From Trypanosoma brucei (lineage: Eukaryota), in the NCBI GenBank assembly GCA_000002445.1, contig CM000208.1, positions 1,280,001 through 1,344,000 on the forward strand: a stretch of DNA of 64,000 bases. Reading direction: 5' to 3'. This document shows positions 44,563 to 56,600 of the stretch, in pieces (within the stretch, counting starts at the first letter, position 1; every line of letters starts with the position of its first letter). Both the position numbers and the translations under genes were made by a program. Below the pieces are notes generated by a model. The model had not been told where the DNA came from and made no database searches. It was given only the letters and a program-made list of their open reading frames with translations.

Positions 44563-45215
44563 TGTGGTGTTAATCGTCGGGCGCATCCGAGACGAAGATA
44601 ATGGACAATTCATCTTTCGAAAGAACATTATCTGTTGTTCCGCTTCTCTTTTTAATAGTAATCAACACTAACGCGGGCTAAAGTACCGAGTCTTTAAACG
44701 TTTTTGTATTCTTCTCCCTTTCCTCCCTCCCCTCTTGTTTGTACGCGGGGAGAGATGCTTTGGACCAGAACGCGTTAGTGTGGGGGTTCAATCAACAACT
44801 CAATTGCGATATTTCACTTACCGGTATCATTTGTCTATTCTTCTATTCCTTTTCGATTTCTTCGTTAGTCGTCGTTTGATTTGCTTCTTTGACGAGGGGC
44901 AAAGAGTTGAAAAAGGAAGCAGCAACAAAGAAACGTAAAAAAAGACAGATTTATATATTGGCTCATAGGGGTTAATAAAGCACGTTATATTATTATTACC
45001 GTTGTTAGTGAAGAACTGAGAAGTATAGGTTATATACCACGCTGATCTACACCTATACTTTGTTCTCAACGAAAACTGTTTTACCACATCGCATCCGAAG
45101 TCACGAGGTAAAGGGGGTGGAGGTTTAATCTGACCAAAAAAGGAGTCAGGTTACAGGTAGTGGCAAGAGGAAGAAGTGGAGGTGGTGTCGACGCTACGGT
45201 AAATAAACTGAGTGT

Positions 45216-47408
45216 GTGATGAGTCAGCGGTTCGGACCGTATCGAGTGGGGGAGACGATTGGACGCGGCACATTCGCTAAAGTGAAGATTGCAGTACATG
45301 AGCTAACGGACACAAAAGTTGCCCTTAAGATCATCCCCCGGAAGGTTATGGATGATTCCAAGTCCAGCACGAAACTGACGCGCGAAATTGGGATACTGCG
45401 TACGCTGCAGCATCCAAACATAATGAAACTCTACCAGGTGGTGCAAACCAAGCAGGATATTGTGCTGATACTGGAATATGTATCCGGTGGGGAGTTGTTT
45501 GATTATATATGCCAGCGGGGGCCGCTTGCTGAAGATGTTGTACGACACATCTTTCAGCAAATAGCAGCAGGTGTTGCATACTGTCACAGATACCGTGTCA
45601 TTCACCGTGATCTCAAACCAGAGAATATCCTGTTGGAGAAGAATACGAACACCGTGAAGATTGCTGACTTTGGTTTGTCGTCGTACACACACGATGGTCG
45701 CTTCTTAGAAACTAGCTGCGGCACACCAAACTATGCTTCACCGCAGGTGGTCAGTGGTGAGATGTATGCAGGACCCGATACAGATGTGTGGAGTTGTGGT
45801 GTAATTCTTTACACAATGTTGGTGGGCGCTCTTCCCTTCGAGGACACAAATGTGGCAGCACTCTTCCAAAAGATCAAAAGGGCGGAGTACCTGGTACCTG
45901 AAAGCGTGTCACCACAGGCACATGATCTTCTGCGGCGAATGCTGGTGGTAAACCCGCTTGAGCGCGCCACGATGGAGCAGGTAATTCAGCACCCATGGGT
46001 TCGGCCTCACTATCCCCCCTGTCTCCTGTCTTTGCACTATGATGCCATTCTTCACTCCATGCGCTTCGGCAAGTCACTGGAGCTATGTGGCGAGGAATTG
46101 GATGAAAAAGTAGTTGAGGATGTAGCGGAACTATTCGAGGTCCCTACTAGCGAGGTTGCTGCTGCTATTTCTAAATACGACAACAGCATGTCGGGGTTGT
46201 TTACGTCTAATACGGGCACTGACGGTGAAGCTGCGACACGGTACCCTGCCCAGTCCTTCTACGAGTCTTACGCAAACGCCGTGGACGTCAAGCATTGGCC
46301 GTCGCCGCTTGTTATTTCTCATGCGGAGAAGGCTCTTCGTGATAAGGAAAATAATATGTACGTGTCGTATCTTATATTGTTACAGCGCAAACAGCAGGAG
46401 ACTCCCCTCCAAGCACTTCCCTCTTCAGATCTAACAACTGACGCTGTGGGTTCTTTCTTCATGTCAATGGGCGTGAATCAGGGTTACGGCTCTCTTACCG
46501 CCAACTCTTTGCAACCAATGTCGCTGTTTGGAATATCTCTTCCTCAAAGTTTGGCGCCACAATCAAATGGAGATGCCCTACAACTTATGCAAAAGCAAGG
46601 CAACGTAACCTTTTGTGGTTCGCTTCCCGCGCATGTGCAAGCAGAGAAGCTGGAATTGGTGGAGATAGATGCTTATATGGAAAGCTATAATAAAGTAGTG
46701 GAACCGTTCATTCCATTATACTCCTCTACATCGAAGCGTACGCTTCTGGGTAAACTGTTTCGTGTGACTGAGATCCCAGTTTCTGTCAATTCTGATTTAT
46801 CTTCTTTGCGAGGGTCGTTCGCGTCCACTGTTGATGAGGAGCTCGGCGGTTCACTCATCAGGTCAATGGTCGGTTCCCGTTCAGCTCCTGCCTCATCTCA
46901 CAGAGATCCTAACCGGCTCCTTCGGCCTCTGTCCTCCACGAAGAAACAAAAAATCAGTAAAACCACAGCGGAGAAAAGTAGGGCAAAGCGGGTTGACACC
47001 GCAGGATCCGCAGCGGGAAAGTCATCGGAAGTACTTCAGTGCAATGTGGTTGCTAAACCTGGTTTTAATGGTTATATGCACAACGGTGTGCGGTTTGTCA
47101 ACATAGACGCGGCAGCGACGTTGCGCTGTGTATACAGCTCTCTGAAAGCTGAGGGGCTGCTATGGAAACAAATACGTCCTTTTTATCTTGCGGCCGTCAT
47201 GCACCCGTGTGTAAAACTACAGGTGAGGATTTTTAGGATCCAGGCAAATGACCAAGTAGTTGATGTGAGAGTGTCATCGCAGAGTGGAATGATGGGTTGC
47301 GTGACGGCTGCAAAACTCATAGATCGGTTGTGGAGTAAAGCTGTGGCCCTTACGCCTGTAAAGGTAGAAGAGGGACCACGGTTGGGTAAGTTCACCGTAT
47401 GCACTTGA
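45216..47408 (+). CDS. SNF1/AMPK-family catalytic (alpha) subunit serine/threonine kinase with regulatory C-terminal domain
   Basis: GRGTFAKVK glycine loop, HRDLKPENILL and DFGLS. The T-loop GRFLETSCGTPNYASPQVVSG is nearly identical to AMPK-alpha [21 protein letters not shown], including the activating Thr. The Ser-rich linker and C-terminal globular region are consistent with an alpha-CTD/KA1-like module. Confidence 0.9.
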   Translation: MMSQRFGPYRVGETIGRGTFAKVKIAVHELTDTKVALKIIPRKVMDDSKSSTKLTREIGILRTLQHPNIMKLYQVVQTKQDIVLILEYVSGGELFDYICQRGPLAEDVVRHIFQQIAAGVAYCHRYRVIHRDLKPENILLEKNTNTVKIADFGLSSYTHDGRFLETSCGTPNYASPQVVSGEMYAGPDTDVWSCGVILYTMLVGALPFEDTNVAALFQKIKRAEYLVPESVSPQAHDLLRRMLVVNPLERATMEQVIQHPWVRPHYPPCLLSLHYDAILHSMRFGKSLELCGEELDEKVVEDVAELFEVPTSEVAAAISKYDNSMSGLFTSNTGTDGEAATRYPAQSFYESYANAVDVKHWPSPLVISHAEKALRDKENNMYVSYLILLQRKQQETPLQALPSSDLTTDAVGSFFMSMGVNQGYGSLTANSLQPMSLFGISLPQSLAPQSNGDALQLMQKQGNVTFCGSLPAHVQAEKLELVEIDAYMESYNKVVEPFIPLYSSTSKRTLLGKLFRVTEIPVSVNSDLSSLRGSFASTVDEELGGSLIRSMVGSRSAPASSHRDPNRLLRPLSSTKKQKISKTTAEKSRAKRVDTAGSAAGKSSEVLQCNVVAKPGFNGYMHNGVRFVNIDAAATLRCVYSSLKAEGLLWKQIRPFYLAAVMHPCVKLQVRIFRIQANDQVVDVRVSSQSGMMGCVTAAKLIDRLWSKAVALTPVKVEEGPRLGKFTVCT

Positions 47409-48374
47409 TGTGAGTGACAGTTTTTGTTACTTCACTCCCCTATTTCTTTCCATACTTTTTTCCTTTTTTTGAAAAGAAAAGCACTTGACTTTGCTTACTC
47501 GTTTCTCACTTTGTTTTGCTTCAAATGGCCGTGTTTTACGATCGGGAAGGTTGTGTGCATTTATCACTACCGATTTTTCTCTTTTTATTTCTTTAGTTTT
47601 TGTTATTTTTGTTTTGTAGTATGTGGAGATGCAGGTGATCTCCAAACGGGTCATTTTTTTTTTTGAGTTCTTGTGTTTACTTATAACTAATGCATTACGA
47701 GAGGGAAGCTCAAGAAAAAGTAGATTCAAGTAGCGAAACCAAAGAAAGGACGTGACAGTGGTGGGAAAGAAAATAGATCAGTTAGTGAAAGGAACATACG
47801 AGTGAACTAACGGTTTTACGTTGGGGGAAAAATATTATGTGAAATAGGAAAATCAGGTGAATACAAACGTGCTTGTGCGCTTTTTTTCTTTGTTATTTAT
47901 CTTTACCCAATATTTGACGGCAACTCGATTCGGGTGGTTCGACGTTGGATCGTAGGGGGTTGTGAGGGTCAGTAGTTCCTCTTTTTCGTTTCTTTTCTTC
48001 TCTTGTTAATGCTATTTCTTTTTATGTGACATGCGAGTGTTGACTTCCGTTTTCTTTTACTTTTTTCTCTTCTTTTTTTTTTTCGTTGGGTTTAATTTAA
48101 CCGGGGGTTGGGTTGTTGTCTTCCTTCATTACAATTGTCATTGTCATTATGGTCCCTTGATCAACATTGCCCTCGGCGTTGGTGTTGCTCCTATTCAAAC
48201 TTTGTTTCTTCACTTTTCGTTTATCCTGCGGTTATTTCGCATTCTGTTTCGTTTCTTATCGCCCTCCCCCTCCCAACCCCCATCCCGGTGCTCAGCTTTT
48301 GAAAGGGAGATAAATATCATTTGTGTTAACAATGACAGACGTAATGAGTGAACGAACGAATTATTTTTGGGAAA

Positions 48375-48401
48375 CGTGTGCGTGTGTGTGTGTGTGTGTG
48401 T
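48375..48401. repeat. (GT)n microsatellite
   Basis: Direct read. Confidence 0.95.
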
Positions 48402-48675
48402 ATGTGGTAATGTATGCGTCATAACTAAGGCTGAGGGCGTTTACTTCGCTTTTTCTTTAGGTCTTTTTTTTTTGTTGCGTATCCTTCTCCCACTTGAGAC
48501 TATTTTTTTTACTCAAAGGAGGAAGACGGAAATGTTCGGAAGGAAGTTGTGGGTGGAAGAGATAGTAGTGAAGAGGAACCGGTCTCAAATGAAATTTGGA
48601 AATGTGTGCCATCCCCGTTTTTGGGCCTGTGCGTAACATATTTGCTCTCATAAATGATGCTAACATATGAGTACA

Positions 48676-48681
48676 TATATG

Positions 48682-48729
<48 letters not shown>
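48676..48729. repeat. Compound (TA)n(GT)n microsatellite
   Basis: Direct read: tatatatatatatatgtatgtgtgtgtgtgtgtgtgtgtgtg. Confidence 0.95.
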
Positions 48730-48732
<3 letters not shown>

Positions 48733-48999
48733 TTACATATTCGGTAGTTTGTTACTTTGAGCTTTTACTCCCTTCATTTAATGTCTTGTTGTGGTAGTAG
48801 CAAACAATTGTGCACAACTCCGCTGGTCCCTGCAACTGGTGACATTTCTTTCCACTCCCCCCATGCTATTAAGTAAATATATATATTTATTTAATTTGTG
48901 GTCTTTTTCCCCATCTTGTCGTGTATGTGTGTGCGTGTTTGTAACTGGGAGTCGGAAATGGTAGTCGAGTTCCTCTACGCCGGTTCTTTCAGTTTGCAA

Positions 49000-49300
49000 A
49001 AGAAACTTTTTTTTTTTGCTACGGCCACTGGTGTTTTAACTTGTGTGTCCCCCCTCTATTTATTTTCATCTTTCTGTATCCCCAATATCACACCCTTTTT
49101 AAAAAAATTCCTACCCCTATTTCTCCTTATTTTTTTCTCCCTAGTTGCTTTATACCTCCCATTTTTTTTCCTGCGGCACTACGACTACTCATATATTTTT
49201 TCTTCGTTCTCTTTCTAAACTGTGCTTTTCTTACTGCCGTCACCACCTTCGAATTCATGCGCGTAGTTTCTTGCTTCATTTTTTTTTTTTGAAGTGCATG
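49000..49300 (+). promoter_or_regulatory. Extended polypyrimidine-rich region, candidate trans-splicing signals for the 49493 CDS
   Basis: The + strand is T/C-rich for about 300 nt (cccctctatttattttcatctttctgtatcccc...ttctccttatttttttctccctag). Confidence 0.5.
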
Positions 49301-49492
49301 ACTTTCATTAGTGTGCCTGTGTTTAGTTGAGTCTGACGACTGCGCCCTTCGTTACTGAAGGGTAACCCTGATTGCTGTTGTGTGCGTGTGTGGATTGTGG
49401 TGTAGGGAAGAGTAGGAAGGAAAGCGATCGTTTGCGCCCTGTAGATTTGTACAGCACGTTGAACTGTTGAGCTTTGTGAAATTCGCCAATTT

Positions 49493-51283
49493 ATGCGGAA
49501 CTCGCTCATTCAGCATACGCGAAACCTGTCAGCGACAAAGCAAATCACGGGGATTGTCTGCGACCACGTGGATGTCTTCACTTGGGGCCACTCCCCTCCT
49601 GAACAGCACGGCAATAAGTTTTCCTCAGGGAAAGCAACAGCGCCATTCTACAATGCGGGACAAAGGCGCTGCACACTCTGTGATGACCGTCTAGAAACTT
49701 CCTTCTCTGCTCACTGCGGCTACGTGGGGCATGTGGCGCGAGTGGGTATACTGGAGCGTGCAATGGAAATACTACAAAAGGGGGAAAAACGTGCGGCGAA
49801 TGGAAAGAGTGGTGGTTTAGGTGGAAAAATAACAGATTTAGATGAAAGCATTAAGGCACTTGTGGGCACCTGGTGGTCTCGATTAAATGATACAAAGCGG
49901 GAACCGGCACTCGACTACAAGCGCATACCATCACTCAGCGCATCTACGACGAAAAAGCGATTGTGGCGTATGCGTTTCCTGCTGCAGTATTTGCGTGATA
50001 GAGGTATTATCCGCTACAGTTTGACTCCGGCAAAGGTAGCTGGCGCGGGAGATAACGCGTTTGTACGATCTGCCCGTTTCGAGAGAAGTGAGATGATTGG
50101 AGATAACATTGTAAAAGTTGTGGTCCCTGACCGCTTAGTTCGGCTCTTCCCTGCGGATGAGGGCGGTGTGACATATAAATTGGCTTCTATTCAACAACTG
50201 CTTGACAGTAATGAGGGATTATTGGAAATATACGACTATCTTGGCCTCAACAACATCATCGGCGTGAGGCTTCCAAACAACAAGACGAAGTCAGACGTTG
50301 TGGAGGCTTTGTTTGGTGAACTGCAGACATTTCTTTGGGCAAGCGAGTTGTCCTGTGGGTCGTGCCAGTACCCCGCATTTCCTACTGCTGAGCACCGTTA
50401 TGTGCGCGCGTTAGTTGATCACTTATTGAATGAGCTTACGCATATGGTTATTATGTGGCGTGTTGAGAGCACCCTCGAGAACTCTAAGGAATATCTTGCC
50501 AAGTACCTTCTACAGGGCGCACGTCAAAATGGTAGTTTTTCTACTAGTGCTAGTGGTGCTACAATCGTAAAGGAGGTGGATTGTGACCGTTCCCGCTACG
50601 CTGTCTTGCCGCTGCTTTTGACGTTTCCTTACTCGACATCATCTGCCAATAAATCAGCGGGAGGAAAGCAGCCACCGCTTCAATCTTCGAGTTTGGCTGC
50701 AGCGAAAAGTGTGCAGGAAAGAGGGACGCCGCGGATGTTGTTTACCTCACCAGTAGCTATGCCAGCCGTTTTGCATTCGCATTACAACCCACCCCTTCGT
50801 ATTGTGCGAACCATTAAGGATTATCAGCGTGAGATTTTAACGGTACTCGAAGAGGAGGAAGTTGTGTCTGCATTAATCCCTTGTACAGATTCTTCGTGGG
50901 GGATGAAAGAGGGAAATATGAATTCGCGGGAAACTGGGAGGAGGAAACCGCCACATGGGCAGATCCGCGCCCCATGGCACGAGTTGGCACTGGAAAAATA
51001 TCCAAGATGGCGGTGTGACACTGAAGAAGCGGTGGTACGCCAAGCCTTGGAGCTTCGACTCATGCAGCGGAAGGTTTACACCAAAGAGACCAATTGGAGG
51101 GCATTAACTACCGCCATGGCTCAACGTCTCCTTCCGAATTCCCCATTGGAAGTAGATCCAGTAGGTGTACGGCCTGTTAGACAAACCGGAAGGTTGCTGT
51201 TGACTTTTGAAGGGACTACTGAGCGTAGAGCGGCACTCGCTACTAGCATGTGTTTTCCGTCGCTAGCACAATCGGCCGGCTGA
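49493..51283 (+). CDS. RNase III-domain protein with an N-terminal U1-like C2H2 zinc finger, resembling the kinetoplastid mitochondrial RNA-editing endonuclease family (KREN/KREPB/mRPN1-like)
   Basis: Zinc finger CTLCDDRLETSFSAHCGYVGH (C-x2-C-x10-H-x5-H). The RNase III signature FERSEMIGDNIV (E-x2-E-x2-GD) and the downstream KSDVVEALFGEL (D-x2-E) retain all acidic catalytic positions. The N-terminus is Arg/hydroxyl-rich and presequence-like. Confidence 0.6.
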   Translation: MRNSLIQHTRNLSATKQITGIVCDHVDVFTWGHSPPEQHGNKFSSGKATAPFYNAGQRRCTLCDDRLETSFSAHCGYVGHVARVGILERAMEILQKGEKRAANGKSGGLGGKITDLDESIKALVGTWWSRLNDTKREPALDYKRIPSLSASTTKKRLWRMRFLLQYLRDRGIIRYSLTPAKVAGAGDNAFVRSARFERSEMIGDNIVKVVVPDRLVRLFPADEGGVTYKLASIQQLLDSNEGLLEIYDYLGLNNIIGVRLPNNKTKSDVVEALFGELQTFLWASELSCGSCQYPAFPTAEHRYVRALVDHLLNELTHMVIMWRVESTLENSKEYLAKYLLQGARQNGSFSTSASGATIVKEVDCDRSRYAVLPLLLTFPYSTSSANKSAGGKQPPLQSSSLAAAKSVQERGTPRMLFTSPVAMPAVLHSHYNPPLRIVRTIKDYQREILTVLEEEEVVSALIPCTDSSWGMKEGNMNSRETGRRKPPHGQIRAPWHELALEKYPRWRCDTEEAVVRQALELRLMQRKVYTKETNWRALTTAMAQRLLPNSPLEVDPVGVRPVRQTGRLLLTFEGTTERRAALATSMCFPSLAQSAG

Positions 51284-51964
51284 ATCGTCATTGGAGGTTT
51301 GCTTATACCTGCGCTTTGGCTTCTTTCTGCGAAATACTTTCACCGGTGCGCTTTTGGCTTCGGTTTTTCCTCTGTGTGGAGTGACGGCATTTGTTAACGA
51401 GCTGTGTTTGCCCTGCACCGAGCATTAAATTTATGGACTCGCCAGAGTTGCGCGTGCAGGGGAGTTGCTTAACTGTCAATTTAGTTACTGGATCCCCTAA
51501 ACTGAATTGTTTGGCGCTCCGCACGTTTTGTCACGCATAGGTGGTTATGGCGGTTCGTTGCTCGTGAAAATTTCACCTCTGTGAAGGAAAACTTGTGGAA
51601 CCACCGCTCTTCCTGAAAGATGCCACTTTCTCCTCCCTGTGGATGATCAGTGGTTGAATTGTAGATATTGAAAGCATCTATATGGCTTTATTGCGAGCGG
51701 AGTGCTCTGAAGAGGGAGTTGTGACCGGTGGGGCAAGCGGCGCCCTGTTCAGGTAACATTCCTTGTTACTTTTCCCTATCATGTCGTGGACTTGCTGGGC
51801 TGCTCGTTGTTCTTTTTTTGTTGTTCCGAAGTGTGAGAAAGGAGGATAGTGGGAAACCATTTAGCAAGACTTCTTGTCGTATTCCGATGGCTGCGGTGAT
51901 GGTCCACGGGGGGCCGCTTGTTGGTGTGAGCGGTGGTATACCACTGTCGTGTTTTATTATTTAA

Positions 51965-52030
51965 GTGGTTTCTCTTTGTTTTCGTTTGACTTGGCTTCTT
52001 TTTTTTTTTTTATAGGACGCCTCACTTTTT
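51965..52030 (+). promoter_or_regulatory. Polypyrimidine tract plus AG upstream of RPS18 copy 1
   Basis: gtggtttctctttgttttcgtttgacttggcttctttttttttttttatag. Confidence 0.5.
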
Positions 52031-52145
52031 AAGTGGAGGGTGTCGTATCCACTAACCCTTCCCCGCTGATCTCAGTTTCGCTGTTCATCACTTTCTGTTT
52101 CACATCCAATACTTCTTGTACTCATAATAAAGGCACCTAGACGTA

Positions 52146-52607
52146 ATGTCTTTAACCCTCCAGAGCGAAAGCTTCCAGCACATTGTGCGTCTCCTCAACA
52201 CGAACGTTGAGGGCAAACGCAAGGTCCCCTTTGCACTACGGATGGTGAAAGGTATTGGTATCCGTTTCGCATACATGGTCTGCAAAAAGGCTGGTGTTGA
52301 TGTTGAGCGCCGTGCTGGTACGCTGTCACCTGAGGAGCTTGAGAAAATCTCTGAGGTGATCGCCGATCCCGCGAAGTTCAAAATCCCCGAGTGGTTCCTG
52401 AATCGTCAGCGCGACCCTAAAACTGGAAAGACGGAGCACCTGACTAGCTCGATGGTGGATACACGCTTGCGTGAGGACCTGGAACGGCTGAGGAAGATCC
52501 GTGCGCACCGTGGTGTTCGTCACGCCTATGGTCTGCGCGTTCGTGGTCAGCATACTTGCACGTCTGGCCGCCGTGGTAAGACTGTCGGTGTGTCCCGCAC
52601 CAAGTAG
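52146..52607 (+). CDS. RPS18: 40S ribosomal protein S18 (uS13), copy 1
   Basis: The 153-aa protein [42 protein letters not shown]...[21 protein letters not shown] is the uS13/S18e family. The two copies are identical at the protein level. Confidence 0.95.
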   Translation: MSLTLQSESFQHIVRLLNTNVEGKRKVPFALRMVKGIGIRFAYMVCKKAGVDVERRAGTLSPEELEKISEVIADPAKFKIPEWFLNRQRDPKTGKTEHLTSSMVDTRLREDLERLRKIRAHRGVRHAYGLRVRGQHTCTSGRRGKTVGVSRTK

Positions 52608-52864
52608 GCGTAGGAACTCCACCTTAGGAAAGGCTGCCAAGAAAACTACCGTGTTTCATATTATTTCTTTTCTTTTTACTGAATTTTAAACATGTTCGGT
52701 GCCGCGACGCCACCGCTGGCTTTTTGCTAACGTAGTACACTATTCGGAAATATATTTAATGCTTGACCCCTGTTATACCACGCTTGTTCGTTCATTTCCG
52801 CCTTTTCCTCATTTTTGTTACTACTATATCTAACAACTATAATAACTTTAAGCAGGCAAACATA

Positions 52865-53326
52865 ATGTCTTTAACCCTCCAGAGCGAAAGCTTCCAGCAC
52901 ATTGTGCGTCTCCTCAACACGAACGTTGAGGGCAAACGCAAGGTCCCCTTTGCACTACGGATGGTGAAAGGTATTGGTATCCGTTTCGCATACATGGTCT
53001 GCAAAAAGGCTGGTGTTGATGTTGAGCGCCGTGCTGGTACGCTGTCACCTGAGGAACTTGAGAAAATCTCTGAGGTGATCGCCGATCCCGCGAAGTTCAA
53101 AATCCCCGAGTGGTTCCTGAATCGTCAGCGCGACCCTAAAACTGGAAAGACGGAGCACCTGACTAGCTCGATGGTGGATACACGCTTGCGTGAGGACCTG
53201 GAACGGCTGAGGAAGATCCGTGCGCACCGTGGTGTTCGTCACGCCTATGGTCTGCGCGTTCGTGGTCAGCATACTTGCACGTCTGGTCGCCGTGGTAAGA
53301 CTGTCGGTGTGTCCCGCACCAAGTAG
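52865..53326 (+). CDS. RPS18: 40S ribosomal protein S18 (uS13), copy 2 in tandem. The track ORF starts at 52763 because of an upstream in-frame ATG, but homology and identity to copy 1 begin at ATG 52865.
   Basis: 462 nt differ from copy 1 at only 2 synonymous positions (gag/gaa, ggc/ggt). Identity extends about 22 nt past the stop and then the flanks diverge. Confidence 0.95.
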   Translation: MSLTLQSESFQHIVRLLNTNVEGKRKVPFALRMVKGIGIRFAYMVCKKAGVDVERRAGTLSPEELEKISEVIADPAKFKIPEWFLNRQRDPKTGKTEHLTSSMVDTRLREDLERLRKIRAHRGVRHAYGLRVRGQHTCTSGRRGKTVGVSRTK

Positions 53327-53628
53327 GCGTAGGAACTCCACCATAGGAAGTATTGTTTGTCATGCTTTTATTCGTGGTTGTTGTCTCTTTTTTCTGTTTT
53401 CATGACTTGGTTTAATTTGTTGTAGGAACCACCTCGTCAGTATCTGGTGGAAGACCCCATGTATCACATTGTCTACCGTTGGTTTTATCACTTTAAAAAT
53501 CTCTTTCATTTTCTATCACCCCTCGGTTTGACATAATCGCTGCGCACTATTCTTATTGTTCGCGCGGTGAAGTGTGTCAACGTTGTGTTTCTGTAGTATT
53601 ACGTTGTGAGGAATTGTATTCCCCGAGA

Positions 53629-56600
53629 ATGTCTATTTCCTACAAAGAGCTTATTGCTCTTCGTCGTGCACATTTGGCTCGCCAAGGGCAAAACGCACCG
53701 TTATCTCCAGGTCGGTCTGAGTTGCAGGCTTCACAGGTAGGTGCCTCCTCTGAGACCGCAGTGGTTAGGGTGGATGATGTTTCTCCTCAACTAGAAATCG
53801 AGGGAAGACCCCAAGAGACACTCCCGGAGTGGTTAGTGGATGAGCAGCAACCAACTGTTGGGCTTAGTCATCTTCCATGGTCCCAGTCAGTGGAGGGAAG
53901 ATACACGACCGAGGAGGAGGTCCCCCGGGCTGAAGAACCAAAGGTCATGGTTCCTCACGAAACCATTAAGGGTGATTTGCCACGGATGGAAGTGATGAGA
54001 CGCTGGCGTCGGAGGTACGACAAATATTCTCTCCTGGAATTGCTCAAGGAAAAAAACGTCGTTGCCGACGGTAGGTTTTCTTGGGAAGAATCCGAAGCCA
54101 ACCAGTCACTTCTTCCTCTTCACGTTTTTGACAACGTAAGTTACGAGGAACTTTCACCGAGTGATTGGATGAGCAAGAGGGATGAGACGGGCGGTGTCGT
54201 ATGTTTAGCTTTACCTGACGCCAATGTATGTTCGTGGGTTCGGGGGTGGGTGACGGGATGGGACGAAGAGACCAACGTGTTGACTGTGCGCCTGTGTGAC
54301 GCGGGTGCCGCCACGGGTGACCCCAAACAAACAAAAGGGACCGTTGTGCGGCTTCACCGCTTGTATGTGTGTTTTAATGCAGAGAACCCGGAAAACTTTG
54401 CGGAACGGTTTGCGGGGGCGTACCGCATGCGAAATCTGCTGAAAAGTGTCCTTAGGCAGCAAACATTTGTCGATGCCATTCCAACAGATGAATTTCAGAC
54501 GGTGGACCCGTACGCACTAGAACGTGTGCATCAGTTGTGTTTGAATACGCCGAAACTCCTCCAAAAACAAGATTTGCTGCAGGTGACCAAGGTTCTAAAC
54601 GATGTACGATCGGACTACTCCCATGTAATGAACCGCGAGCTATTGAACCATACAGTGAAAAACGGCGCGCTCCAAGAGCTTCTGGGAGGTGCGGAACTTC
54701 CAGTTGATAGGCCACATGTCCAAGTGCAGAAATGCGGCGTGCACGAGCTTCGTCACAATTGCTTCCGAAGTATCGTGAGTTCTTTTCTATCCAACTCAAT
54801 TACTGCCCGAAGTGAAATCGCTATTGCCATTTTGCAGCGTGTGCGCGAGGGTAATGAAGTCTTGATGGCTAGGAGAGTATTCCGAACGAGCAAGGTCCCA
54901 GATGAACAGGTTACACTTACTTTGAATGCGTTCGAGGATGTACAGGTTACGTCTGTGCGGGAAAATGCTCAGTTTGTGCGCGAAAAGTGGATTCCCGGCA
55001 TTACTGAATTTATCAAACGCATATGCTCTGACTGCGATGAGAATGAGGATGTAACACTGAAGGTACGCGAGTGTGACTACGAGACATGCAAAGTGCGTGG
55101 CCTCATGAACACCATCACACTACAAATGGAAGATACCTTGCGCTGGGTGCTGACGAACGCACTTTCAGAGTTTGCGTCCTTTGTAGAGGAGTGTGCGAAG
55201 TACACTGTGAAGGTGCACAGCATGTTTGATGTTGAGGTTGTACCTCATCCAGACTTGAAACGCGCAAGGATTGTGCCACTCTTCAAGGTTTCTCTCGTAG
55301 ATGGCGAAGAACGGAATTTGGTGTGGAGCTCATCAATTTCTGACTTCTTATCGATGCTTACGGAAGTTGTCTACCGATGTCTAGCGTTACATACCGGTGC
55401 TCGTTCGGTGGAGCGGCGCCTGTTTACCTTCCTCTTTGACAGCCACACGGCGTTTCTTTCTTCCCTGCACGACGATGATCCAGCGTGCACGTCGTGCTTG
55501 CGCAGGCTGACGGAAGCTGTTGAACGGGCTGGAAAACCTTTGGATGAATACATCGCGACCTTCGGTGACGTTCAAGAACTGATTGCACTTGATGTAAAGC
55601 AATACATAGAGGATTTCAAGCAAAAGTTCCCCACGACGAAAGGTGTGGAGGAAGAGATTCTGCGATATAACCAAAAGCAAAAGGATGTGTCCGAGATGAT
55701 ACCCCGTCAGAAGGACCTCGGTCTTTTTCAGGTTGACTGCACAGATTTGAAAAAGCGGCTCACATGGAAGTGTAATCAAGTTGTCAACTCTATTTTGGAT
55801 GTGATGCTTAATCGTGCAAACACCAAGGCTACGTTTGTGATTAATTCCTTCCAGGAGCTTCGCGACACCCTTGTTAAACCGACTCGGACACCTGAGGAGG
55901 TCGTAGACCGCCAGGACTTCATCAAGGCAATTCCGGAGAAGGTTTTTGACCTTCAGGCTGTGATTAGTGAAATTCAGCAGGTTTATGCCATCCTAGATAC
56001 ATTCCATGTCCCGTTTAGTGAAGAAGACTTCAACAAGAAGTGGACAGCGATATCATGGCCAGCACGTCTCGATGATGACATCATTCAGAGACAAGTCGAT
56101 CTCGAGCAGACGAAGCGTAGTCTTACCCTCAACTTGCGGAAGTCACAAGAGGCGTTTAGTGAGAAGGTGGTGCAGTTGCAACATACGGTGGCCTCATTCA
56201 ACCGTCGCTCCAATGTGAACAAAATGAATGAGATTGTAGGGGATGTCAACAACATATTGGAAAACATCAGACAACTTTTGGAGACAGCAAACGAATTCAA
56301 CACGCACGAGAACCTCTTACTTCTGGAGAAGACAGATTACACGATGGTACGGGATCTCCAGTCCGACTTCGAACCGTATGCCTCGTTGTGGCTCACTGTG
56401 CACGATTGGAACGTTGCCTTGCGTGAGTGGCAGGCTCGACCATTTCCTGAGATCGATGCAGAGGCCATGGAGAAGCGAGTAATGAACAATTATCACACAA
56501 TATCAAGATGCTGCGTGGATCCAAAACTCACCGAACTACTAACTGAAATCGCGAAGAAGACGAAGGCGAAGATAGAGGAATTCCAACCCATATTGCCTTT

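Noticed and set aside
52763-52864. N-terminal extension of RPS18 copy 2 (the track ORF starts at 52763, [15 protein letters not shown]...)
   Set aside because: The extension is T-rich polyY-tract sequence with no counterpart in copy 1. Homology starts exactly at ATG 52865. The likely splice acceptor lies inside the supposed extension.
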